DNA of 64,000 bases, taken from positions 14,896 through 78,895 of the IMG/VR virus record IMGVR_UViG_3300031576_000028, one strand, 5' to 3'. Made by a program: the position numbers and the translations under genes. The stretch is from a virus. Within the stretch, counting starts at the first letter, position 1, and each line of letters starts with the position of its first letter. A model generated the notes under the pieces. That model was not told where the DNA came from. It saw nothing but the letters and a program-made list of their open reading frames with translations, and ran no database searches. Below, piece after piece: positions 54,175 through 63,170 of the stretch.

Positions 54175-55784
54175 TTAAAATTCTTCGCCATCTCCGACGC
54201 CTGTGGCGCAGGCGAGACGCTCGTGTACTTAGCCCCCGGCTTCGCGTCGTACGGGATGTCCGGCTTGCCGCTCGTCTCGAACCACAGCAGCTGACCGACC
54301 GCCATGCCGGCGTAGACGCGCAGCGGCTTGACGACGAATAGCTCCATGGTCCAGTGGTTCCTGAAGCCGACATCGCCGGTGCCCGCGGTCACGTGGATCG
54401 AGAGGCCGAGGCGGCCGAGGCTGCTGTTGTGGACGACGGTGAAGTCTTCCAGGAAGAACAGCTTGTCCTCTGGATCATCACCGTCCAATGAGAAACCAAA
54501 GAACTCATCAACACCAATGGGAATGATCGTCAGCTTCGAGTCGGTCCGCCCGACCAACTTGGACTCGCGGATCTTGTCACGCTTTCGAGACAACTTGATC
54601 GGAATGCACGATACGTCACCAGAGATGTTGACGCGCTGATACTCGATGCCATCGACGACCTTGACAGCAACGCTTGCCGTGAGCCCGACAGATGAAGCGA
54701 GGTGAACGATCGCATCACGCAGCGTCGTATACTTGGTGGTGATCTCCCAACCGCAGCCGTTTGGGGAACCATCGGTGTCGAGCAGGCCAGCCAACAGAGC
54801 CAGACGATCTCTGATCGCAGCCACCCAGTAACAACGCGGGACGTGCTTGTTATTGAGCACACCGATCGCACGCAGGTCGTTCAAGAATGTATTCGGACGA
54901 GCGAACGAGTCCTTCTCGTGCGTCGACAGCACGACCGTCAAGGCGCCAGGCTTGTACTGGTGGAACTTCGCCAGCGGGAACATCACGCGCAGGTAGGCAA
55001 GCAATTCCTCGTCGTCGTTGTTGATCGTCAGCTGCGCAGCGTCCGAGGTGCCATCTCCGAGCCAAACGCCGAGCAGGTATGGGTCGATCGGCAACGAGCC
55101 ATCACAGAGGAACGTCGAGACGGCGGCACGGAACCCGTAGACGTGCTTCTGCACGTTGGCAGGCAGCTCGACAAACTCTCGCACCGAAGGACAGATGACA
55201 TCACCCTCTTGGTACGCCTTGTTATCCGTGTTGCGACCGCAGCGAATCACAAGCTGGTGATCGCCGTTGACGACGTAGGAAATTCCGTGCGTCTGGTCAA
55301 CGCGAAACAACGACGACCGCCCGCGATGCGTCTCCTGGACCGTCCGGTACCCACCGTTGACGCTTAGCACGAGGTCTCCGACGACAACGTCTTCGATGCG
55401 CTTGAGTGTACCGTCAGCCATCCAGACCTTGGTACCGGACGCGAAACACTTGCCGTTGAGGATCGGGACGTGCGCGAGGCTCTCCGTGTACTCGACGGTC
55501 GAGGCGAGGTAGAGCTCACCCGGCTCAAGGACGAGGCCGCCCTCCGGAATGACGCGGTCCTCGACGTCCTGCTTGACCCTGCAGTCCAACGGCACGACCT
55601 GCCTGACCACGCCGCCACTCCGGTGGTAGAGGTCGAGGTCGATCCGCTCGACGTAGGTGCGGAGGATCGAGGCGAGGTGCACGTCGTAGCTGTTGGTGCC
55701 GAGGGCCGCCTCGTCCCACGGGTCGATGACGATCTGGCCCGCCTCCTTGGCGAGCAGGATGTCCCTGTCAACGAGGACGCTCAC
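54171..55784 (-). CDS. dcd: dCTP deaminase with intein
   Basis: NSYDVHL, LEPGELYLASTVE, GK|SSLGRLGL, AG.GDVGF, TMEL, GQL; 196 aa after removing the intein. Confidence 0.93.
   Translation of the reverse strand: MSVLVDRDILLAKEAGQIVIDPWDEAALGTNSYDVHLASILRTYVERIDLDLYHRSGGVVRQVVPLDCRVKQDVEDRVIPEGGLVLEPGELYLASTVEYTESLAHVPILNGKCFASGTKVWMADGTLKRIEDVVVGDLVLSVNGGYRTVQETHRGRSSLFRVDQTHGISYVVNGDHQLVIRCGRNTDNKAYQEGDVICPSVREFVELPANVQKHVYGFRAAVSTFLCDGSLPIDPYLLGVWLGDGTSDAAQLTINNDDEELLAYLRVMFPLAKFHQYKPGALTVVLSTHEKDSFARPNTFLNDLRAIGVLNNKHVPRCYWVAAIRDRLALLAGLLDTDGSPNGCGWEITTKYTTLRDAIVHLASSVGLTASVAVKVVDGIEYQRVNISGDVSCIPIKLSRKRDKIRESKLVGRTDSKLTIIPIGVDEFFGFSLDGDDPEDKLFFLEDFTVVHNSSLGRLGLSIHVTAGTGDVGFRNHWTMELFVVKPLRVYAGMAVGQLLWFETSGKPDIPYDAKPGAKYTSVSPAPQASEMAKNFK
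54426..55448 (-). mobile_element. intein with LAGLIDADG endonuclease in dcd (341 aa)
   Basis: Starts CFASGTKV, ends VVHN|S; LLGVWLGDG and LLAGLLDTDG; lower GC. Confidence 0.95.
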
Positions 55785-56221
55785 GGCGGCGCCCGTACCG
55801 GCTGGGCGAGGCGGCCGTCCGGGAACCGCTTCTCCAGCCACTGCGCGATCAGGTCGAACATGGACGAGCAGGACGGGAACTCCGGGTCGCCAGTGCCGAC
55901 GCCGTGGGCGCCCGGGCCGAAGCGCTGGTGCCGCATCTTGTCCATAACCGTCTGCATCGGGATGCCGTGCTGCATGGCGAGGCTGAACATGATCGCCCAC
56001 ATGTCGAGGGCGCCGCCGAGGAAGCCGCCGATCTTGTCCCCGCGGATGAACACCTCGGCGAGACGCCCGTCAGCATAGCAGTTGGCCACAACGTAGAACT
56101 TGAGCTCCTTCGGCTCGCCCGTGATCTCGTCTAGGTACTTGAGGTTGAACCGGCGGGTCTTACCGTCTCGAACAGAATCGAGCCGCTCGCGTACCGCCTT
56201 CTTGGTCCCTTCCATCTGCAC
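55781..56221 (-). CDS. stand-alone TSCPD domain (class II RNR C-terminal-like)
   Basis: RERL...FYV..N.Y.DGRLAEVFI...SLAMQHGIP...RF.P...SSMFDLIAQWL. Confidence 0.8.
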   Translation of the reverse strand: MQMEGTKKAVRERLDSVRDGKTRRFNLKYLDEITGEPKELKFYVVANCYADGRLAEVFIRGDKIGGFLGGALDMWAIMFSLAMQHGIPMQTVMDKMRHQRFGPGAHGVGTGDPEFPSCSSMFDLIAQWLEKRFPDGRLAQPVRAPP

Positions 56222-56230
56222 AGTTCTCCT

Positions 56231-59200
56231 TTAGTGCCCGTGGGGGCTCTTGAGCAGCGCCTCAGCGATCCACCTGACCTGCGCGTCCGCGTAGGTCTCG
56301 CCCTTCTTGACCTTCCGGAGCGAGCCCCAGCGGTCGCCGATCTTGCAGTCGGCGACGAGCGGGACGCCCCAGCAGTCGAACGACGTCATGATCCTCTTGA
56401 CGGCCTCGACCACGCGGTCGGCCCAATCTGGGGGGCAGTCTAGTAGGATGCTGTCGTGCACGGTGTTTACGATCTCGACGGTGGCGCCGACCTCATCAAT
56501 CCAGGCGTGAATTGGCGGGATGCTCGCGAGGGTGTACCACGCCGCGCGGCCCTGGATTGGCGTGTTGATGGAGCTGTTCTCCGCGTTGTTCCGCTTCCAC
56601 TTGTCGTGGCCGGCGACCTCGTACAGCGGGCGCGTGTGGTAGGCCCCGTCGAGCCACGGCACGTCGATGCCGCCCTTGGTCCTCGCGTGGTGGAGGAGCT
56701 TCTTGATCATGGCCGCGAACTTCTTGAAGCGGCCGAGGATCGCCTGGCGGAGCTTGCGGGCCTCGTCGATGGTGCAGCCCAGCTGCTGGGCGAGGCCGGC
56801 GTCCGTCTTGCCGTACATGAGGCCGAAATTCACCGTCTGGTTCGTGATCAATGGAACACCGCCATCCCGAACAACGACGCACCCGCTCGGCACCGTCAAG
56901 CAGGCGACGTGCCCTGTCCACCGCTCCTTGGTGACTCGGAGGTTCCCCGAGCGAGTTACGTGGTGGTCCCTCACTGACAAGCTGAACACTCCCCCAGAAC
57001 GAAGAACCTTGCGCGTCTTCCTGTAGCTGGTGGTCGCGATCGCCTGGAGGACGTCGACCGACTGTTCGTCCTTGTTGTCGTAGCGGAACATCTTCCACGA
57101 CCCCTGGATCGTCGAGTCCCAGCGGGAGGCCTCTTCTAGTACGACCTCCTTCTGGAGCGGAACGAGCTCTAGCCACCACCACGGGAATGACTTGCGGTCG
57201 AGCAGGCAGAGGACATGCTTCGCATCGTCCTTCTTAACGTAGATCCTCGTCACCCGCCCGGCTACCTTCTCCGAGTAGGCCAGGCCAGCGAGGTCGAGCA
57301 ACGCCGTCAACCGACCGATCTTCCTGGCCTTCGTGAACCCGAAGCTGATTCCCCCGGTTGATGTGATCGACCCATCGGCCTGCGTTGCTACAGCGAGGCG
57401 GAGGATCATCTCATCTCTCTCGTCTGAGGCGCCAACGTAACACCCAGCGTTCGCCCACGACCGCTTCTTCGGGAAATCCGCCGGCAGGACTCTCTGCTGC
57501 GGCTCGCCGTTCTTGTCGAACGCGAGCATCCCGTGATCGGGCGTAACGCGGACGTCAATACCCTCATTCCTAAAGTGCACCAGTTCCTGCGCCGGGTGGA
57601 CGGCCGTGAACACCTCGGTCGGCACGATCCACCCCATCTTGACGACGTGACCGCTGCAGGGCTCACAGGACATCACCTCCTCGCCATTGCCAAGCGACAC
57701 AATCTTCTTCCACCCCGAGCGCGTCATCACCTCTGTGTCCGGGTGAAAGCACTTGCAGTAGGAGCGGTGCCAGTCGGTGACGTCCGCCTCCGAGATCCCC
57801 CACGCCAGCCTGGCGATCAGCTGCGCGGTGCGGAAGTGGTAGTCAAGGCCCTCCAGGAAGATGGCGATCATCTCCTCGTCGCCGGACATGCCGGCGGCCA
57901 CCCGCAGCTCGATCTGCGACTGGTCCAACTCGATGAGGACGTTGCCGGGCGACGCCACGAAGCAGTCGCGACACATCTTGCCCTCGACCGTCTCCGCGCG
58001 CGGGAGGTTCTGGGGGTTGGGGTCCTCGCCGGAGATGCGGCCGGTCTCCGTGCCGTCGAGCCTGAAGGACGGGTGGATGCGACCGTCGGGGCGGATCTTC
58101 GGGATCATCCCGGCCGCGTAGGTGCCGTCCATCTTCTCCAGCCGGCGAAACTCGATCATGTCGTCGACGAACTGGTGACGGCCGCGGAGGCCCTCGAGGA
58201 CCTCCTTGTCCGTGGAGGCGTCGCCGGACTTCTCCGACACCTTGCCCTTCGGGAGCTTCAGCTTCTCGAAGAGGATCTCCGCGACCTGCTTGGGGCTCGC
58301 CGGGTTGAAGTCGGGGCCCCACGCCTTGAACTTCTCGGCCAGCTCGCTCAGCCCGACGTTGAGGAAGGCGCTGAAGGTCTCGAAGGCCTGGCGATCGACC
58401 TGGATGCCCGTGCGCTCGATGCGCTTGAACGACGGGATCGCCGGCAGGTACAGGGCCTCCCAGATGGCCAGCTCGTGCGGGGCCTCGCGCCTGGTGCGGT
58501 CCCTGAGGTGGATGGTGCCGGCCGCCGAGCCGGCCACGTCTCGGCCGTTGTAGCGCCAGAGGACGTCGTCGGGGAGGAGCGCGAAGTTGTAGCGGTTGGG
58601 CTCGGCGCCGTTGCGGATCGCCTGGACGCACCAGTGGTCGTGAGGCTTCTCGCCGGGGCGCCACTTCTTGCGTCGGGCCGCCATCGTCGCCTTCTTGCGC
58701 AGGTCGGCGGCCTCCTCCTTGGAACCACCCATGCCGACGAGCTCGACCACGTACTCTAGGCGGCCCATCGCCAGCGGGTCGATCAGCTTGCGCACCAGCT
58801 GCGTGTCGAAGGCGAGGGACGGGATGTCGACGCCGAGGCACTGGGCCGCGGCGATCACGTCGTACTTGATGTTCGAGCCGCTGATCTTGTGGCGACTGAG
58901 GATGCGGCGCAGGACCATCAGGCAGTCCGGATCCGACAGGGCCCCGCGCTGCGCCAGGCCGGGGTTGTCGCTGTCACCGCTCCACACCCACGAGTCCCCC
59001 TCCAGCTCGTCGACGGCGGCCAGGCCCGCGCACAGGACGGTGAAGTCGGGGCCGTGCGGGAGGCCGGCGGTCTCGACGTCGAACAGCAGCTCCTCGTGGA
59101 GCGACAGGGCCTCCTCGGCCTGGAGGGCGTCGTCGAGGTCCTCGACGACGTGGACGACGCCGCCGACGTGCGAGGGCGTCGGGCGGGGCCGCGTGAGGGC

Positions 59201-59761
59201 CCAGGCGAAGTCGCGCTCGTAGCGCTCGCGGATGAAGCGGTTCTCGAGGGCCGCCATCGGGCCGTGGAGGACGAACACCGGGACGTCCCGGAGGACCCAG
59301 CCGTAGGCCCTGCGGGCGGACTCCATGTCGAGGCCGCGCCCGAGGAGCCCGAGGGCCGCCCAGGAGCCGATCGCGAGGACCCTCTCCGGGCGGGCCTGCT
59401 GGAGGACCTCGGCGAGGTACGGGCGACACTCCTTGATCGGGGTGGCCGCGTCCTTCAGCTTGGTGAACCTGCCCGCCGAGCACTTGACGGCGTAGTCGTA
59501 CACGACCGGGCCGCTCCAGCTCTTGCGGACGAGGTCGCGGACGTAGGCGCCGGTCTTCGACGCGAACGGCCTGACGGCGTCGCGGTTGGGCGCGTCGCCG
59601 ACGACCAGCAGGCCGCCTGGGGTCCCGTCCGCTGGGAGGCAGGACTTCTTAGTGGGTCCCGCGGTCGACCACGAGCACTTGGTGCATGATCGATCTAAAG
59701 GGAGGGCCCCCGAGTCGACCGGCGACGTCGGGGGTCCCTGGTACATGGCCAGCCGGCGCAT
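56231..59761 (-). CDS. polA: family A DNA polymerase with N-terminal UDG-like domain, 3'-5' exonuclease and intein
   Basis: FDVET exonuclease, TETGRIS..PNPQNLP, DQSQIELR (motif A), K|TVNFGLMYG (B), VHDS (C). Confidence 0.96.
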   Translation of the reverse strand: MRRLAMYQGPPTSPVDSGALPLDRSCTKCSWSTAGPTKKSCLPADGTPGGLLVVGDAPNRDAVRPFASKTGAYVRDLVRKSWSGPVVYDYAVKCSAGRFTKLKDAATPIKECRPYLAEVLQQARPERVLAIGSWAALGLLGRGLDMESARRAYGWVLRDVPVFVLHGPMAALENRFIRERYERDFAWALTRPRPTPSHVGGVVHVVEDLDDALQAEEALSLHEELLFDVETAGLPHGPDFTVLCAGLAAVDELEGDSWVWSGDSDNPGLAQRGALSDPDCLMVLRRILSRHKISGSNIKYDVIAAAQCLGVDIPSLAFDTQLVRKLIDPLAMGRLEYVVELVGMGGSKEEAADLRKKATMAARRKKWRPGEKPHDHWCVQAIRNGAEPNRYNFALLPDDVLWRYNGRDVAGSAAGTIHLRDRTRREAPHELAIWEALYLPAIPSFKRIERTGIQVDRQAFETFSAFLNVGLSELAEKFKAWGPDFNPASPKQVAEILFEKLKLPKGKVSEKSGDASTDKEVLEGLRGRHQFVDDMIEFRRLEKMDGTYAAGMIPKIRPDGRIHPSFRLDGTETGRISGEDPNPQNLPRAETVEGKMCRDCFVASPGNVLIELDQSQIELRVAAGMSGDEEMIAIFLEGLDYHFRTAQLIARLAWGISEADVTDWHRSYCKCFHPDTEVMTRSGWKKIVSLGNGEEVMSCEPCSGHVVKMGWIVPTEVFTAVHPAQELVHFRNEGIDVRVTPDHGMLAFDKNGEPQQRVLPADFPKKRSWANAGCYVGASDERDEMILRLAVATQADGSITSTGGISFGFTKARKIGRLTALLDLAGLAYSEKVAGRVTRIYVKKDDAKHVLCLLDRKSFPWWWLELVPLQKEVVLEEASRWDSTIQGSWKMFRYDNKDEQSVDVLQAIATTSYRKTRKVLRSGGVFSLSVRDHHVTRSGNLRVTKERWTGHVACLTVPSGCVVVRDGGVPLITNQTVNFGLMYGKTDAGLAQQLGCTIDEARKLRQAILGRFKKFAAMIKKLLHHARTKGGIDVPWLDGAYHTRPLYEVAGHDKWKRNNAENSSINTPIQGRAAWYTLASIPPIHAWIDEVGATVEIVNTVHDSILLDCPPDWADRVVEAVKRIMTSFDCWGVPLVADCKIGDRWGSLRKVKKGETYADAQVRWIAEALLKSPHGH
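56837..57751 (-). mobile_element. intein in PolA motif B with C-terminal Gln (305 aa)
   Basis: Starts CFHPDTEV, block B VTPDH, LAVATQADG, ends ITNQ|T. Confidence 0.92.
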
Positions 59762-59767
59762 GTGCGG

Positions 59768-60037
59768 CTAGCCGATTACTTCCTCGTACGAGGTCTCGAA
59801 GACGTCGGGCTTGCACGGGTAGAACTCGCCCTTGACGCCCTTGATGATCCAGTCGCCGACGGACGCGGTCATCTCACCCTCGAGGGTGCTGATCGTGATC
59901 TCGTGGCCGCGCCGGTGGATGCCCGGGTCCTGCATGTCCGGTCCGTGCTTCATGATCCAGTCGTACACCTCGGACCAGTTGTCGCCGGCCCAGCGGACGG
60001 CCTCGACCTCGACCGGCTTCTTGCGCCAGCGGCTCAC
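59768..60037 (-). CDS. conserved small phage protein
   Basis: RKKPVEVEA..TLEG.M.A..GDWIIKGVKGEFYPCKPD.F..SYE. Confidence 0.85.
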   Translation of the reverse strand: MSRWRKKPVEVEAVRWAGDNWSEVYDWIMKHGPDMQDPGIHRRGHEITISTLEGEMTASVGDWIIKGVKGEFYPCKPDVFETSYEEVIG

Positions 60038-60624
60038 GACGCCGCCTCGCCGCCGAGGACCACGAGGGCCGCGCGCTCGATACGCTTGTCGAACCCGCCC
60101 TTCTCCTCGAGGGCCTTGAGGGTGGGGACGGCCCCCTTGTGCCCCGAGGCGACCCTCACAATGTCGATCGCAGTCTTGTGCCCGCAGGCGATCATGTGCT
60201 CGATCACCGGTCGCAGCTTCTCCTGCTTGGCCATGAAGTCGACATCGAGCGCCTGGCCCTTCTCCCCGTCGCCGAGGTCGTCGAGGTCGTCCGGCGCAGG
60301 CTCTTTTACCACCGCCGGCTTCGGCTCCTCCTTCTTAGGGGGAGGCGCCGCGGCCTTGGCCTCCGTCTTCTTGGGCTCAGCCGGGGCCGCCTTGGTCTCG
60401 GACTTCTTGGCCTCGCTCGGCACGGCGACCGGGCCGGCCAGGCGGGAGAGGGCCTCCCACGCCTCGGACATCGACAGCCCGGCGATCGTCAGGACGGCCG
60501 GCTCGTACCCGGGGGCGCCTTGGTCCCCGTACTCCGCGACGAACGCGACGCTGCGCGACCTCCCCATGATGTCGATCTCGCCCTCGAACTGCTTTAGCTT
60601 CACCTTGTCTGCAACCGGATGCAT
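60034..60624 (-). CDS. hypothetical protein with A/K/P/E linker
   Basis: Coding-like; GTGA-coupled to the next gene. Confidence 0.65.
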   Translation of the reverse strand: MHPVADKVKLKQFEGEIDIMGRSRSVAFVAEYGDQGAPGYEPAVLTIAGLSMSEAWEALSRLAGPVAVPSEAKKSETKAAPAEPKKTEAKAAAPPPKKEEPKPAVVKEPAPDDLDDLGDGEKGQALDVDFMAKQEKLRPVIEHMIACGHKTAIDIVRVASGHKGAVPTLKALEEKGGFDKRIERAALVVLGGEAAS

Positions 60625-60674
60625 CTTTCTCGCTTCCTCTCTGAGCCAACCGGCTCGGGCAGTAGCCTTATCAT

Positions 60675-61565
60675 TTAGCTTGCCTGATTACGACCGCTAG
60701 ACACGCACGCCCTCGCTTCCTCTCTGAGCCAAATCGGGTCGACGGTGTTGGGGTCTGCCCCCGGAGAGAGCTTGACCGAGCCGGCCGCCTTACCATTCAG
60801 CTGGAGGTACTGGGCGAGCGCCCATCCCTCCTCATGGGCGTCGCCGTCGAGGCAGACTGCGATCGGTCGCTGCGCGTCCAGCAGCAGGCGGCGATGGTAG
60901 TCGCCAGGCTTGCCGAGGCCGGCGGCGCAGTCGGGCCAGTACGGCAGGGCGTCGAATACTCCCTCGACGAAGATCAGCGGGACGTCCGTCCGCCGATAGA
61001 TCGCGGCCCAGTTGTAGAGCAGGACGCCTCGCGCCATGCCCCTCGGGTACCTGTACCGCGGGTCCTGCTTGTCGGTCCAGTCGCGGGCCGAGTATCCGAG
61101 CCACGTCCGCTCGTCGACGTCGAGCACCGGCACGACGATCCTGGCGCGCAGGTAGCCGTCGCACACCACGCCGATCCTCGCGTCCTCCGCGACCTCGCGG
61201 GTCACGCCCCGGCGCTCGAGGTACCGGCGCGGCACCTCCAGGAACACGCTGTCCCACGCGTCATCCCAGATAGGCTCGTACCCGTCCGGCGGCCCTTTGA
61301 TCGGCTGCGGGGCGTCGCCGCGGGCCTTGGCCTCGCGAGCCTCCTGCAGGAGCACGTCGTCAGGCACGTCGCGGAGGCGGCCGCGGGCCCCGCACTTGAA
61401 GCACATGAAGAACGAGATCGATGGCTTGATGCCGAGCGACTGCCTCTTGTCCGGCTTGCCGGTCTCCATCAGGCAGTAGTCGCAGTTCGCCCTCCACCAG
61501 CCGCCGGAGGACCGGCGCGCCTCGCCGAGCGCCAGCTCCGCGAGCTCGGGGTCAACGCGCGACAC
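60675..61565 (-). CDS. dnaG: DNA primase (Zn finger + TOPRIM)
   Basis: CDYC..CFKC, YLERRG, RIVVP, SAR, VEGVFDAL, LDGDA, DP. Confidence 0.9.
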   Translation of the reverse strand: MSRVDPELAELALGEARRSSGGWWRANCDYCLMETGKPDKRQSLGIKPSISFFMCFKCGARGRLRDVPDDVLLQEAREAKARGDAPQPIKGPPDGYEPIWDDAWDSVFLEVPRRYLERRGVTREVAEDARIGVVCDGYLRARIVVPVLDVDERTWLGYSARDWTDKQDPRYRYPRGMARGVLLYNWAAIYRRTDVPLIFVEGVFDALPYWPDCAAGLGKPGDYHRRLLLDAQRPIAVCLDGDAHEEGWALAQYLQLNGKAAGSVKLSPGADPNTVDPIWLREEARACVSSGRNQAS

Positions 61566-61842
61566 CCTGCTCCCAGGCTGGCCCGGTAGGGCCAACGTCG
61601 CGATACTTGTGATCCTCAATGCACTGCACGGCCCCGTCGATAATGATGGCCGCGGCGATCGCATCTATCTCGCAAGAGAACGGCTCGACGTACTGGATCG
61701 AGAAGAAGCTGTTGCCTTCCCAAGATCTCCAGTCACTCGCGATCTCCCTGGCGGAAGCTGGCGAGGCCACATAGCAAAGGCCCTCGGCGGTGCGACGGTA
61801 GACCACCCAGCACGGCCCAGGCGGCCGGTGGCGCATGGTCAC
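61552..61842 (-). CDS. small protein, EDA..A..VEE family (divergent)
   Basis: WVVYR..CYVA..W..F..EIDAIAAAI; sits between helicase and primase. Confidence 0.5.
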   Translation of the reverse strand: MTMRHRPPGPCWVVYRRTAEGLCYVASPASAREIASDWRSWEGNSFFSIQYVEPFSCEIDAIAAAIIIDGAVQCIEDHKYRDVGPTGPAWEQGVAR

Positions 61843-63170
61843 CACGGGTAGGTCCGGTTCGACACGACTGTGATCCGCCCGCGCTCCGGGTCCCACGCGA
61901 GGGGACCTACGCGGGTGTGGGCGCCCTCGCCCTCGCGCCGCTTCGGGACGCAGAAGCGGATCAGGTCCGCCGCCTTGTCATCGTCCGTGCGGCCGATGGC
62001 GACCACCGCGTCCGCGCTGCGGATCTTGTTCATCGAGTCCGCCACCGCGTCGAGGTCCAGCCACGGGCGGTTCGTGCTCTTGCGGTCAGACTGCGAGGCG
62101 GTGAACGCCCACCCGTCAACGTCGACGGCGATCGACCTGAGGCCGTCCGTGCACGCGAGCATGTCCTCGTAGAGGGACGCCTTGGGGTTGCAGCGGAGCT
62201 TGTCCAGGAAGTCGACGACGATCACGCGCGGGTCGAAGCCGGGGTTCTCCCTGGCGCTCGCCTCGACCAGCCGCCGGACGTCGGCCGGGCTCGTGACGAG
62301 CGGCTCGGCGTAGCCTACGAGGAACCTCCCGGCCCCGGGCATCGCGCGGACGGCGGCGTAGCGGCGGCGGGCCTCGGCGGGGTCGAGCCTGACCTCGCGC
62401 CTCGTCATGTCGGTCAGGTTGCGCGCGATGCGCTGGGCGACCCGCCCCTCGCTCAGCTCGAGGGTCAGGTAGAACACATGGTGACCGAGCAGCAGCGCCT
62501 CCACGGCGACGTGGGCCAGCGCCATCGACTTGCCGGCGCCCGAGCCACCGACCAGCAGGGACAAGGAGCCTTTCTCCATGCCGCCGCCGATGGCCTCATC
62601 AAGCTCCGGGATCCCGAACTGGAGCAGGTCCTTGTCCACGTCGACGAAGAACTGCGGCTGCGCCACGATGTCGTCGATCGACCGCATGACGGAGCCGGTC
62701 GTCTTTCCGAGCTTGGCGACCGCCTCGAACGCGGCGGCGGTGTCGGCCGGCGAGGCGTTGTTCTTGTAGCCGTCGAGGGCGTCGACGATCGCCTCCTTGT
62801 GCCGGACGCGCTGGATGATCGGGAGGACGGACGCCACGAGCTCGTCGGCGTGGACCAGCGGCTGGGCCATCGCCTCAAGGAGGTAGTCCTTGCAGGCCTG
62901 CACCTGGTCCCACGTGACCTTGCCCTTGGACGAGAGGGTCGTGAGGTGCTGGATCGCCAGGGCCGGCCAAGACGGCGGGTTCCCGGTCTTGCTGGCGATC
63001 GCATGGGCGGCCGCCATCAGCATGCGGGCCTCCGGGGACCGCATCCGATCCGGGTCCATCGCGCGGCCGATCGCGGAGTGGAAGCGCGGCTCGCCGCACT
63101 CGGCGAGGACCACGGCGCGCTCGACGTCCTCCTCGAGGGCGTACGGCGGCGGCGGCGCGGCCTTGTTCAC
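61839..63170 (-). CDS. dnaB: DnaB-like replicative helicase
   Basis: GGSGAGKS, YLTLEL, IVVDFLD, TASQ, ADS..K.R.AD, KRR. Confidence 0.9.
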   Translation of the reverse strand: MNKAAPPPPYALEEDVERAVVLAECGEPRFHSAIGRAMDPDRMRSPEARMLMAAAHAIASKTGNPPSWPALAIQHLTTLSSKGKVTWDQVQACKDYLLEAMAQPLVHADELVASVLPIIQRVRHKEAIVDALDGYKNNASPADTAAAFEAVAKLGKTTGSVMRSIDDIVAQPQFFVDVDKDLLQFGIPELDEAIGGGMEKGSLSLLVGGSGAGKSMALAHVAVEALLLGHHVFYLTLELSEGRVAQRIARNLTDMTRREVRLDPAEARRRYAAVRAMPGAGRFLVGYAEPLVTSPADVRRLVEASARENPGFDPRVIVVDFLDKLRCNPKASLYEDMLACTDGLRSIAVDVDGWAFTASQSDRKSTNRPWLDLDAVADSMNKIRSADAVVAIGRTDDDKAADLIRFCVPKRREGEGAHTRVGPLAWDPERGRITVVSNRTYPW

